A DNA stretch of 64,000 nt from Rhizophagus irregularis (lineage: Eukaryota): contig NC_089433.1 in the NCBI RefSeq assembly GCF_026210795.1, forward strand, positions 3,472,001 to 3,536,000, read 5' to 3'. Made by a program: the position numbers and the translations under genes. Positions 1 to 13,927 of the stretch are shown one piece after another. The first letter of the stretch is position 1. Every line of letters begins with the position of its first letter. The notes below the pieces were generated by a model that saw nothing but the letters and a program-made list of their open reading frames with translations, searched no databases and was not told the DNA's origin.

Positions 1-1739
1 ATTTTAAATTGATTGATATATCAAAAGCTGTATAAAACAATTCCATAAAATCAATTTAAAAAATATTCTCAGAAGTAACAGGGCCTGGTATTGATTTTAT
101 AATCAATTAATCACTTTAATTCGAAAATGTACTAATAAACGTGGCTATATAATTAGAAATGTATAATCATTTTGCTAAAAAATAATTCGTAAATTTAAAG
201 TGTTCTTTATTCATCTACTAACGCTATGATTAGACATAATTAATCTCTATGAGGAGTATTTACAAAAATCAAACTACCATTACCGATAATAGAACAACAA
301 GTCATGATGTCACGATCTATAATTCTGACGTTTCATATCGCTTTGTTATTATTACTACCGTTGTGATGCGTAGCGTTATAATCACATGATACTCACTGTG
401 TTCAACATGTTACACATGATCTTAAAAATTGATTGGTCATTCACGCGGCGTGAAAGAACTTTGATATGGACTCTACTGTACAGTCCTTTGCTACGCTTCC
501 ATATTTCTTTTTATTAATTCAATTTTTGTGTTGATATTGGAAATAAGCTGTGTTTAATAATATTTTGTCTTAATAATTTACCTCAATCATTTAATATACA
601 TAATAATTTGCCATGGTTGGTTCTTATGCTAAGTAATTACACGTTGATAATACTGTAATCAAAAAGCACTATAATCTATGTACAGTAAGACTTTTTTGCA
701 TATTTGAAATAAACTTTTAAATATGATACCTACTTCGAGATAGAGTGTACCTTCTTTTGGTGGATTTACATCCATAATATGAGGGAAATTAACGTCGTTA
801 ATGGCGCAAATTCTTTAAATGGTATTGTTATTGTTGAATCATATCTTTGATTATTGTATAGGTTTATATTTTGCAACATCATTTACCAAATGGCGTTATT
901 GAATAGATTATAATTATTTAAATTCAAAATATTGAATTTATATAATGTGTTAAAAACACTTGCGTATATTGGCCAAAGATTAATATCCTGTATGTAGTGT
1001 ATTTTTCCCATTTATGCGCTGCTCTACATCGCTAATATTCTATTCACTACGTTTTATTCGCTCAGATATAGCGAGTTAAACATTGCGCAGAAAAATCGGT
1101 ATAAAAACAAAGGTCAATTGGCTGATCAGAAGCCGTCTTCAGGTGTCTGGATATTATGCCGGCTGATGTCTGGACCTCATGTTGGATACTTGGATAATTT
1201 TTAGACACCATATCAGATATATGTAGGATGATATTGATATTCGACATGATTTGAAAACATTTTCCTCTGCTAATCATATTACCAAATATATTAAATTTTA
1301 TTTTATAGTAAATTTGCCAATTTCCTATAACTATGTTAGTGATAATTATATCAATTGATCATTGAAAGATAAAATAAAATTGAGCCAGAAAATTATTATA
1401 TTTATGAAGAATTAAAAATTCACCCAGAAATTATAAACAAAATCAATTATATTTAGTAATTATGATCTAGGTATCATCATATGCATGATGCAACCATTAA
1501 AAAATATTAGTCATAATTGTGTAAAGTTTAATATTAATATATGATTATATTTTCCCTTACTATATATTATCAATATCTTATGACCCAAATTAATTAATTA
1601 AATTTTACAAAGCAATAAATTTGTCTTATACAGATTATGTCCTGATAAAACAGTTACTCAACACAAAGTGCCAAGTATAAATATTAAAAGTTCGCCTTAA
1701 AAAAACAAAATCCAAATTTTTTTAAATATTAAAAAAAAA

Positions 1740-3101
1740 ATGTCAAAACTCTCACAAGATTGTCTTATAATTATTTTTGAAGAATTAGAATATGATGTCA
1801 AATCATTATATTCCTGTCTTTTGATAAATAAACTTTGGTGTGAAACGGTTGTACCAGTTCTTTGGAAAAATCCTTGGAAGTTTCTTAAGAATAATATCTT
1901 TACATAGAACTATAACCTCATTTTTACCACCCGAAATTAAACTTCATTTAATAAATAAGGATATCAATACTCATAAACCTTTATTCAAATATATTAGTTA
2001 TCTTAAAACTTTAAAAAATACTAGTATTGTGGCTATTGCACAAAATACGCATGATAAGAATAAATTCATACGGGAATTATTTAAAATGATTTTTAATTAT
2101 TCTCCTAATATTAAAAAACTTATAATATTTAGTGATTATGTTGATCAAGAACTTTGTAATATTCCAGAATTACGCAAGTGTTTTTTAAACGTTACTACAT
2201 TAAAATGTTATACTTTTGTTAAACTTGATAAGTTGGCACAAATTTGTCATAATATCAGATTATCAGATATTTAAATATAAAATATTGTAATTATGATAAT
2301 AATCCTGGATTAATTACTTTAATTAAAGCACAAAAGAATTTAAAATATTTCAAATGTGGTTTCAAAGCTTCATATGAAATTTCATGTAAAGGGATTGGAG
2401 AAGCTTTAACAAAGCAAGCAGATTCCATTCTTTTAATTCATTTAAGTTGCCCAATTAAATTTTGTTGTCCAATATTTACCAAATTTGTTAACTTAAAAAC
2501 TTTAAAAATTAATGGAAAAATTGTGGATAAAAGTTTAATGAAGCCAAATTTACCAAATCTTGAGTATCTTGAATTATATGGTGGTTATATTTATGAAGCA
2601 GCAATATTTATTAAATCAACAAAAGGAAGTTTACGAGAAATTAGAATTAAACATGATTTTCATGAAAAAAAATGGGTTAATGTTTATTCAGTCCATTACT
2701 CAATATTGTCCAAATCTAAAATCAGTTGCTTTGTTTTATCAAGATGATCATTTGGTTATCAGGGAATTAGAAAAATTATTCTCAACATGTTCTCAATTAG
2801 AAAGATTAGTTATAGTATGTGAAGATTATTATAATGATTCTTATGATAAATTATTAGATACTGTATATTAGTAATAAATGCACCTTCAAGCTTAAATTCT
2901 TTAAAATTGGATAATTTTAAAATTAAAATGAAAAGTTTGAAAACTTTCTTTAAGAGATGGAAGGACAAACATCAAACATCAATATCTGTTTATTATATTT
3001 TATATTTTAAAGAAATTCATAAAGTTGATATAATCAATGATTGTGTTGAAGTAAAAAAATTTGATGATAATTATTGTTGTCGGTATTTTGATTGGAATTA
3101 A
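1740..3101 (+). pseudogene. F-box/LRR-like gene (Glomeromycotina-expanded type), broken by about 4 frameshifts
   Basis: ATG 1740 gives MSKLSQDCLIIIFEEL..SLYSCLLINKLWCETVVPVLWKNPW (F-box-like N-terminus). The reading continues across ORFs 1840-2274, 2523-2747, 2560-2871 and 2907-3101 in shifting frames, with LRR-like segments (LPNLEYLEL, YCPNLKS). Confidence 0.85.
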
Positions 3102-3309
3102 AAGTGTATTAGGGTAGAATTATATTAGCAATAATTATAATTATTGGTGCTATTAAAATTTAAATAAGTTCATACATAACAGTTATAACTCATTTTAAAA
3201 CGTGATATTATTGATATTCATTATTGTATTTTGTGTTAATTTTTTCCTTTAGATTAAATTAGTGAAAAATTATTAAAAACATTATTAACCAATAAATTAA
3301 TTACCTTAT

Positions 3310-3690
3310 TTTGATATAACGTCTGCTGGATTATTCATACTTTTAAGAATTATTTTGGCCTTCTCTTTTCCAATTTTGATGTTTATGATCATATATCTAT
3401 CCATTTTGCTCTATATACTTTACCAAATTCATTTTTTTTAGTATATTCATTAATATCATAAAATCCTTTATAAGGTATCCATTCTAATGTTTTCTTAAGA
3501 ATTAAATACTCCATGTGTTGATAACTGAACGAATTTATCAATAACATTGTTGCCACTAGTCCAATTTTTTAAGGTTTGCTGAAAATGTATTGTACTACAT
3601 GCATATTTTACATTTGTCACATATCATTTAAAATCATCGTATAATTCTTGGTTTCCGAATCTTGAGTTATTCCATAAAATTCATGATTTA
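3310..3690 (-). pseudogene. Degenerate kinase N-lobe module fragment, same family as the neighbouring kinases
   Basis: Minus strand reads FYGITQDSETKNY, then FQQTLKNWTSGNNVIDKF, then LEWIPY and FGKVYRAKW, with stops and frameshifts. Confidence 0.7.
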
Positions 3691-5603
3691 TTGTCAAGAC
3701 TCAAGAAATTAGGGAGTTTTTTTTTAAACTTTAAAAGCAATACTGTGAAATTTACAAATTATTTACAAAAAGAATTTTGTATAAGTAGTTTGTTGTTACA
3801 TATTTACAAAAACAATTTTGTATAAGTAGTTTGTTATTACATTGTTACGAAAAAAATTTTTTTTTTATCCTCTAGAAAAAAAAATATCACACTAATTAAT
3901 ATGAAAAAAAAATCACAGAAAATTAATTATAACGACCCATAAAAAAAAAATTCCCCCCAAAAAATATTATTATTATTAATAGTAAGAATCAGAAAAATGG
4001 CAATTGTCATGTCGCCATAACATTGATCTGATCACCGGTCCAAACCTAAATGGTGAAAGAATGTATTCGGAAAAAAAAATTCGGTTTGAAAGAAAAAAAA
4101 GCCAAAACGAAAGAAAAAAGAAAAAAAAAATTTGGGGTAAAGAAAAAGAAAAGGATAAAGAAAGAAATCGGTTTTAAAAAAAATAAGTACCGAAAAAAAT
4201 TCTGAAAAAAAGGACAATAATAATCCGGTCCAAAAAGACCGAAAAAAAAATTCAAAAAAAATTAATAATATGATCTAAAAAAAAAGAAACATCAGGAAAT
4301 ATAAAAACCCATCGATTTAAGTAGTAATACAGTATATTTTTACACTTAACATTTAATTGGTCGATTATTTTGCCTTTTTCTTATGATGAAAAGAGCCACA
4401 AGTCCTACAACGTCCCTAGTTGGCTGGTGAACCGAGTCCGGTTGATCAACATCCGAAATTTTTTGACTTGTAATCATTTTAATCATCCGGACCCATGTCT
4501 TCTGCCGTTATTACATGGGATCAGAGCTAATTCCACATTGGATCCAATAGGAACCTGGAGCGAAAATTAGTATAGCCGGGTTTCGCCTGCATTACTATAT
4601 AAATCTAAACTTATAGAATAATTGCTTAATCATCTAATAATTCATTATTAACGATAATGAAATTAATTAAAAATATTATTGAGGAGTGATGACTTTTTCA
4701 AAAATGAGTATAGAAATCTCAAAAGTAAACTTTTATTATAAATGTTATTTTCGCTCTGTACTTATATATAAATAAATATATATTATAAAATTTTGCGTTA
4801 ACCTGAACACATTTTTCTATTTGGGAAAAAAATCTAGATACAACATAGAATTACTCAAGCATTAAAATAAATATCTTGAAATTAGCGAAAATAATGAATT
4901 GCAAAATTATGGTCAATATATATAATAATGTAAAGATACAACACTACCAACAAAGAAACAATTGCTTTTGGTCTGAAGTAACAGCTATTATTGAAGCTGT
5001 TGAATAAATAAAAAAATCACACATGAGTGATATTTTGACAAAATAATGAAGATTAATACTTTTGAATAACAATTATTTTATCGAAACTTCAAATTAAGTT
5101 AGACTCATACTTTATTTATTTAATTCACTATATCTTACATAGAGTGAGTAAGAGCATATATAAAACTGATATTACGTAATATTGCTTCACAAATTCAACT
5201 AATAAGTCGGTTCATCTTAAATGTTTAAACGAAAGGATAATTACTATTGTTAGAAAATTATTTAAAGATTCGAACGTTAGATTATTAATCCTTATTTGTT
5301 ATTTTTATTATATACCCACTTTTAAAGAATTCACTTCTAAATTTTAGCCAAATTCCAGTCAATTAAAAATTTCGAAGTTATCTCGCTCAATTACGAACTG
5401 ACTTTATTATGTAAAAACAAAGTTACATATAGTACTCTATAATCAGTGTTAAGCAATAAATAAATAAATATAAGTGAAAAAATAAAAATATAAATATAAA
5501 TAAAATGTTAAATTACGTAATATATCTAGTTAAATTGAAATATAACTAGTAGCTAATTTCAACTTTATTTTTACTATATCATTTATATCATTCTAAATCT
5601 CAT

Positions 5604-8600
5604 TCATTCATCACTACAATATACAAAAAATTTATTCAATTTATAATACAATTATAGAATTGTTAACAAAAATTAAAACAGTACTTACTTTGTAAAATCA
5701 ATTACTTCTACTGAATTATTTCCAATATTATCATCTTTTGGAAGGTCTTTTGTAAATGGATTAAGTAATCGTGATGTATAAAAAGCTTGTGGATGAGTAG
5801 TTAATCGTTTACTTTCGTCAAATGGTGTGAGATGTGATTTTCTGTATTTTTCTGCTTCTTTGAATTGTTTTTCAATTTCATAATGTTGTTGTTCTTTTTT
5901 AACTTTCACAATTCTTTTGAAAGCAAATTTATCATACTTATATGAATAAAAAAATAGATCAATTAATTCAAGAATTTCAGCTATTTTTGGTCTATTGTCT
6001 GGATTTGAATCCCAACAATTTTTCATTAATTCACCATAACATTTTGGTATTTCTGGTTCATTTACTTCAGGTCTAACTCCGTTGCATATATTTATTGCTA
6101 AATATTGATCATGTGCACAATCAGAAAATGGCTGTTTTCCAGTTCCTACAAAATACATAGTCATACCAAAGCTATATATATCTGCTGCTTGAGTATAAAG
6201 TTTTCCTTTTAATATTTCAGGAGCTACATAAGGCATAACTCCATAAATATTATTTTGATTAATATCATTAACTTTTCCACATAATCCCATATCTGAAATA
6301 TATACACTATTATCATTTAAACTATTAACATAAATAGCATTTAATAATATATTTCCTGTATGAAAATCGCGATGAACCATCTGATTTTGATGAATTTCTT
6401 TAAGACCTTTAATAATATTCCATAAAGTTGTTAATTTATATGACCAATCAAAATTTTTGTAATTTTTATTTGCCCAATGATCAAAATTTCCACCTTCTGC
6501 ATAATCAAGAATCATTATATAATCTTTTGTAATTGGATTTTGTGAAATTCCATATATTTTAAGGACATTATTATTAATATAACTACCATATTTTTTAGTT
6601 GAATATCCTTTAACCTACAAATAATAAAAATTATCATCACTAATAAATAGCTGAAATAATTAAGTTGTAATAAAGAAAATTCTTACCTCATTTAAAAATT
6701 TATTTGAGATATTTTGTGAGTTATGCAAGCATTTTAAAGCAACTTTTTTATTCTGAGTTCTTATATATTCATTATAACTATTATTATAATACAATGGACC
6801 ATTTGTCCATATAGCTGAATATACTTTAGCAAAGCCACCCTCGCCTACTTTTTTAATATTACTAAACTGATTGTATGGTACCCATTCAAATACTATATCA
6901 TCATAAGAATTAATTTTTGACTGCATATCTTGGATTAATTTGTCAATCACTTCATTTCCACTGTATTGACATATTGGACATAACTTCATATTTACATTTA
7001 TATATTTTCTACTACATTTTTCACAATATTCATCCTGAAAGATTATAAAATATTCTTTTGTACTTGGATCTTGAGATATTCCATATAATTTGCAATTTGA
7101 ATAATCCTTAGCCTATTAAATATGAAAATTGCCATATTCAGTTACTATATTAAAAAATTTTAAATTTAATTTATAAGTAATTTCTTACCTCATTCAAAGC
7201 AATATCTTGTAAATTATATACTTTTTTAAAAGTAACTCTCTTATTCTTGTTTTTATTCCTTATATATTTAATCTGATTTCCATAATATGATGGTCCTTTC
7301 TTCCATACTGCAGAATAGATTTCAGTAAAGTCAGATTTGATTATTTCTTCAATATTATTGAACAGACTATATGGTATCCATTCGAATACTATGCCATCAT
7401 AATCACTTTTTAATTGCATTTTTTTAATTAAATAGTCAATTTTTTCATTTTCATCAGCATGAACTGTAAAATTTTTATTAAAATAATTTATTCGGCATAG
7501 TTTACACCATCTACCATATGTATATAGTCCACATTTGTCACAATATCCAGCTTCGAGAACCATAATATAATCTTTTGTATCTGAATCTTGGGATATTCCA
7601 TATACTTCACAATCTGAATAATTCTTAATCTATCAATTTTGAAAAAAATTATTGTTTAAATTCATTCATTTATAATAAAATCTAGTGGTAAATTACATAC
7701 CTCATTCAGAATTTCATCAATATTATTTTGTGGATCACATAAATTTTTTAAGGTAATACTTTTATTTTGATTTAAATTTCTTACATATTTGTTTTTACCA
7801 ATATAATATGATGGACCATTCTTCCATACTGCTGAATAAATTTTACTAGTAAAATCGCATTCGTCCATTTCCTTAATATTATTGAATTGATCATATGGTA
7901 TCCATTCAAATACTATACCGCTATAATCATTTTTTAAATGCATTTCTCGGATTAAATTTCCAATTTTTTTATTTTTATCAATGCAGTATGTAAAATTCTT
8001 TTTAATATAATTCATCTGACACGGTTCACATTCACTGTATGTAGTAGGCAGTTCACAGTATTCACAATATTTACCTTCAAAAACCAATATATAATCACTT
8101 TTATTTTGAGAAATTCCATATATTTTACGATCTGAACGGTTTTTTATCTATTAAAACATAATAGGTTATTATTATATTATTTATTAAGTATTTAATTCAA
8201 ATTTATAAAATTTCATACCCAATTATATTCACAAATGATATAGTGTAAATCAATATATTTTAATACAACCTTTACGTTCCGAATTCTTATATATTTATTT
8301 ATATTAATATCACGATGATATGGACCATCCTTGCATAATGCTGAGTAAGCAGAACTACTTTTATCAATTTCTTTAATATTATAAAACTGTTCGTATGGTA
8401 TCCATTCAAATTTATCATAAGAATCAAGTTCGAATCGTATTTTTTGAATTATATTATTAATTTTTTGATCCCAACTATACCGTATTTTACATGTTGAACA
8501 TTTGGCATAGGATGTAAATTTTCGGCCACATTTTATACAATATACATTATCAAGAACAAGAGCATAACCATTTGTATCTGGATTTTGAGATATCCCAAAT

Positions 8601-9048
8601 ATATCACTATTATAAAATTTGACCTATTAAGGCATAAAAAAATGTTATTATATAAATGTAAGTAATTATAATAAAATTATAAAGTTCATACCTCATCTGC
8701 AATATTATGAGATTTAGAGATATATTTTAAAGCAATATTTATATTCTTTTTTCTTATGTATTTATTTTCAGTAAATTCATAACGTAATGGACCATCTTTC
8801 CATATTGCTAAACATAACCTATTCATACTATTTCCTTTAATATCATCAAACTGGGAATATGGTATCCATTCAAATATAGCATGATCAAAGGAATCGACTT
8901 TTAATTGCATTTCTCGAATTAAATTATCAATTTTTCCATTTCCACTGGTCCAGTTTTTGAAATTTTTTCTCAAATACCTTAATAGACATGGTTTGCACCA
9001 TTCATAATAATGACAATTATAATTGCGACATTTTTTACATATCGCCAT
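5604..9048 (-). CDS. TKL-type Ser/Thr protein kinase with 5 exon-encoded tandem N-lobe modules (copy A, apparently intact)
   Basis: Exons at about 9048-8691, 8623-8219, 8147-7700, 7630-7189, 7112-6686 and 6614-5688, plus a probable 10-nt terminal exon 5613-5604. Catalytic motifs GEGGFA, VALK, HRDFHTGN, DMG, YVAPE, DIYSFG. Confidence 0.88.
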
Positions 9049-10509
9049 TATATTATTTGTGAAAGAAAGAAAAAAATGAAATGAAAAAAATGCCAAATTA
9101 GCCAACATACTATTTAAGGAAAATTGGAGCCTCTGCGGTAATAATCACATGGTTACACTTATGTACAATAGTACTAAAAATTATCTCTGTATTCAGGGGT
9201 CCTGCAGACACCTGTTTCACCAACATTATTTTTCAATCGCGATAAGTTGTTTATGGAAGCAGTAACAACAATATGTAGACGAGTTTACTATACATAATTC
9301 ATTATATTTTGTATTTATCGATTACTAACCAATACAAAAAAGGTTTTTACCGTAATTATTTATCGTATGAAACCATTATTATGAAATTGAATCGAACATA
9401 CTATTACAATTTGAAAGTAAATAAGCTATAACTTTTTTTTAATAAGCAGCATATTTTTCTTTTATTAATTATAGTTACGAAGAAATGTTATGAGCAATTT
9501 CTCTTAAAAAATCGAAGATCAAATAATTTGAAATTAAAGCGCAATAAGGAGTGAGGAGACTACCCTAGCATAACCACGAAAAAAAAATGACCCTACGTAC
9601 CCAATTTCGCTATAATTTAGAAAGTAGGAAAGCTAATTTGTAATATATTATAAGTTTAATTTAAACGTAATTTATTATAAAATGATAACAATGATGTGAA
9701 TAGAAGAATTTGTATTTCAAAATAGTATTCGTTTCGAAAAAAAATTTATTAAAATTCATCTGTATAAATTGTATACAAACCAATTGTCATAGTAATATGT
9801 AGAAATTTTTTTCTTCAATCAGATTTGAAAACTGTAAATACTATAGTCGGGTATACTATAAATCTATAATATACTTTTTTGTTCTTAGTATCATATAATG
9901 GACTTTTGATTTGCTAAACACTACGCTTTTATTGAAATTAATGAAACATAAATATTTACATCACAAAAATTTTAGAATATTCTTTATTTCTAGCGGATAC
10001 GAGTATTTTGAGATCTTTCATAATAATAATATACTGTATATAGTCCTTCGTTACACTTCGGACTAATTATTATTCATTTTTGGTTAGATTGAAGAGTCTA
10101 TTTGTGTGACCTATCATGATTGACAACCGATCAGCTGATCCTGATTTGTTTTCTCTTTAACCCTTTTTTTTTATGGATTAAAACTGGTTTTTCTTAAATT
10201 TTTTTTTTACTTTTTGATTTTATTTTTCTCAGCGGTTTTTTAAATGGTTGATTTCAGAAAATTAATTCAAAAAAAAAATTTAATTATATAAAAGTGAGCA
10301 AATATTTGGTATTATGAATAGTTCTATATTAAATTGAATAATAGTTATACGCCGATAGTTTAAAAAGCGATCATAACTATATGAAAGTAGCTTAAATTTT
10401 AGTTTAAGCCTCTACACAACGGAAGAATTTGTATTTTCAAAATATAAATATTCAAACACCCAGCTGAAAAAAATCCATGTCGATCTTGAATAATTCAACT
10501 ACGGCCAGA

Positions 10510-10794
10510 TATTTACGGCTAACTACATTATTATTTTAAAAAAGTGTAGTTAGCCAGGACCCAGAAATACATATAAAAGGGTCAGGTTTGAGTTTGCGTA
10601 TTTTGAACTGAAAAATTCATGAAAATCTTCCCTTTTTAAGATAATTTCTGATAACACCAGTCAGAATTCTATTTCCTATTATAGTAACCTACTGACATTA
10701 TCATAATTCCGGCCCTGAAAAAATGCGTACAGCTCATAGTAAAAAATTTTTTTCATCACCTGACCCCTATATATATATTTCTGAGCCGTAAATA
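10510..10794. mobile_element. About 285-bp MITE-like element whose left TIR is interrupted by a 39-bp hairpin
   Basis: The right end 10759-10794 reverse-complements to tatttacggctcagaaatatatatataggggtcagg, matching 10510-10520 plus 10560-10586. The inner inverted repeat GGCTAACTACA/TGTAGTTAGCC spans 10517-10555. Confidence 0.6.
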
Positions 10795-13700
10795 ACAAAT
10801 ATAACACAATAATTTAAGCGGTAACAGGAGTATAATTAAATTGAATACTAGTATAATTAAAATAAATTTTGTTCGAACATTTATTATAGCTTAATAAAGT
10901 ATAAATGATTATAAAATTTTCAATATTTTATTATTGAAAGTTCTCGGTTCATACTCGTATCACGTGACTTTATTAAAAAGTTATGTAAAAAAAAAATTTA
11001 ATAAATATAATTTTTTTTAAAAACATGCAATGTGTATTTTTGCCTGTTCTGTAAGTTTACTTAAAGCGTCAAAGTTGATTTTAAATGTCAATTTTGATTT
11101 ATTTAACAAATTCTTTTTTTTTTCCTGATTATTCGTTAAATTTAATTCTGCCCAACATTAAATAATCAGCTTACTTTTTTGGAAACCCTTTGAACATCCT
11201 GCGTACGAATAGTTTGTAAATTTAATAAATTTTAAAATGTTGATTTATATATATTTAATTTAATTAATTTATTTATTAACTTTAAATCAACACATTTTGA
11301 TATTGCCTCCTTGTCTTGCTGGTTCGCTTTGGTCTCTTGGAAAATTATATATGTATTGGCATTTTCTTGCGCTCCTGTTGGATATTTCGGCTAACTACAC
11401 CATTATCTAGAAAATCATCGCTGCTTCGCAGTGATCATGCTTAGGTTTAACGTGGCTGTAGGATAATATGAGTTGTATAATTTGTTGTTCATTTTTGGTT
11501 AGATTGATATCCTCCAATCAGCTTTGATATTGTAATACCAGAATTATCTAGTGAATTTATTAATTATGGCATGGGGCACAGTTTTATATTTAGTTTAAGT
11601 GTATAAATTTTGTTTGTTATTTTTAGATAACTCCTGTCACATGAGTATAAACTGGACACGTGTTTAGAAGATCTATGAATTAATCACAGGGATTGAAATG
11701 AGGCTTAGAAATATCTTTTGAATGTAATCAACGCTCATAAGAATTATAAGAGGTATTCAACCATTAAGGAGGACAATATATTTTCCTATTTTACCCATTA
11801 TATTATTTTTCGATTCTTTTTGCCTTTTTCTTATGATGAAAAAGTGCCACATTAATTAATTTTAATGGTTGATAGAATGTATATGAGAGGAGACTATCGA
11901 AGGTTGATTCTAGAATTTAGTTTAATAGGATATTATGAACATTTTATATAGAGAAGATATTTGGTTATTAAATAAAGGAATATTTTGTTAACGACTCGAT
12001 GTGGTAAGAATTTATATAACGGGATTGAGCGTTACAATATCAGAGTCTTGCCATCTGATCATTGATACCTTTTTTTAAACTATTTTAGTGATTTTTTTAA
12101 GTATTTTTTTTATGGCTTAAAGCTGTTTTTAAAGTAGTTTGTATATATATATATATATTTTTACTTTTTAATTTTTCTCATATTTAACCATTTTATAACA
12201 ATTATTTTATTATATTTCACCTTATAATTTTAAAAGCTTATATATATATTAATTATTTTATTTTTCCTCCTAGTTTGGAATCTTGTGATTTTTTTTTATT
12301 GTAGGAATGTAACTAAGGCTCCTTTTCTCTCTACATCTTTGGATTTTGAACTGGATTCCCAAAATTGTAAATTGAAAGCGTACGAATATTTTCTTAGACT
12401 TTGAAATGTTATGCTAAGCTTAGGTTTATTTCTTTTCTTTTTTTTCTTATTTAGGTGACTTTCTTTTTTTTCTCAATTTCTATTTTTTATTTTGGCGTTT
12501 ATTAATATTCTATTATAATTAGGATTGATGGACTGGCCTAAAATTGCTGAGGATCAAACTAGTTCACATCACGTCTTTAATTATAACTAAACATCCTTTT
12601 AAAAAAATTTATCCATATAATTAAGTTATACCTAGATTACACTTTATAAATTAATTTTGAATTGCGTAATGTATATCATGTCTCTGCCAAATTTATTACA
12701 GATTTCCATCATATAGAATTTTAGCCAGAATAGTTTTGACCGGTAAATTAGCGTATATGAACACCGATCATTTTGTTGGCTACACGACCTTTCCGTTAAT
12801 ATGATTACGTTGATCATTAGGTTCGTATATTAACGTTAGATTATTTTTACTAATGATTCATTATCAATGTAACCAATTCGGATGATTAAAGAAATGGGCA
12901 AATTATGATAAATTTAATAAATAAAAGAATTTATTAATATTTTTGTCCATATTACAGCTTATTCCAGAATATTATTTGTGTGCAATTATGAATTACCTAC
13001 TATGTGCTTTAATCCCGGTGCGAAGAAACGGGCTATTGCTAATTTTGTTCTTATTGCTTTAATAAAGAATTCTTGATTTTTCGAAAGGGAAATAATAAAT
13101 AAATTATTTATTATCTTTATTTAAATAACTCGATTTTTTGAGTATCTGATATAAACGAAAATTTTAATTAAATAGTATATTTTATCAGTTCAAAAACATT
13201 TAATTAACAAATCTAACAATGAATTCAAATTTTAAAAAGTCATTGAAGCTTTAACCAGTTATAAAAATTTTCAAAAAAAAAAAATCAAATATTTGATATT
13301 ATGAGTAACTCAGTATACAATTAAATTTGCGGTTACAACAATATTGCTATAAAATATTAATTTATTATATATTTTGGAAAAAACTATTAATACTATAAAA
13401 TACCATAAATTATTAATAATTTTACTTTTTTTAAAAAAATTTAATTTAACTAAAATTTTCCAAAAATTTTAAAATTCATAAAAATAATTCGAATTTAAAA
13501 TAAACTGGCAGTTGTCATTTGTCATTGAAATGGAAATAAAAGAATTAGGTATATCATACTGTACAAAAAAAAAAAGATCTGCATGACTGCATGACTGCAT
13601 GACACGACGTACAAAATGTCGGCCCGATTAATATAACAATCAGCTATTCGTCCTGTAATGAAAAGTCAGGTGACTCCAAATATTACGACATTCCGCTTAT

Positions 13701-13927
13701 CTTTTAAATAGGAAATTTATTTATAAATTAATACAATAAATAGTAAATACGCCAATTATGTTTAATCATACATAGTATTCTTAAAATAGAAAATTTTCCA
13801 GCACATTTAACTTTTTCCCTCCCACTTTCACAAAAAGTGTTTCTTATATAATTTTTTAACGATTACATCATTTTTTAATTTTATAAAATTTTTTATAAAG
13901 AAACTAAAAAAAAAATAACAATCTAAA

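Noticed and set aside
3761..3841. 41-bp tandem duplicate considered as a CRISPR-like or regulatory array
   Set aside because: Only two adjacent copies, no spacers, eukaryotic context.
4032..4255. Phe-rich minus-strand ORFs
   Set aside because: Artefacts of an A-rich low-complexity tract.
4322..4598. Possible hAT MITE bounded by TAGTAAT(A/G)CAG inverted ends
   Set aside because: Only about 11 bp of imperfect match and no 8-bp target duplication.
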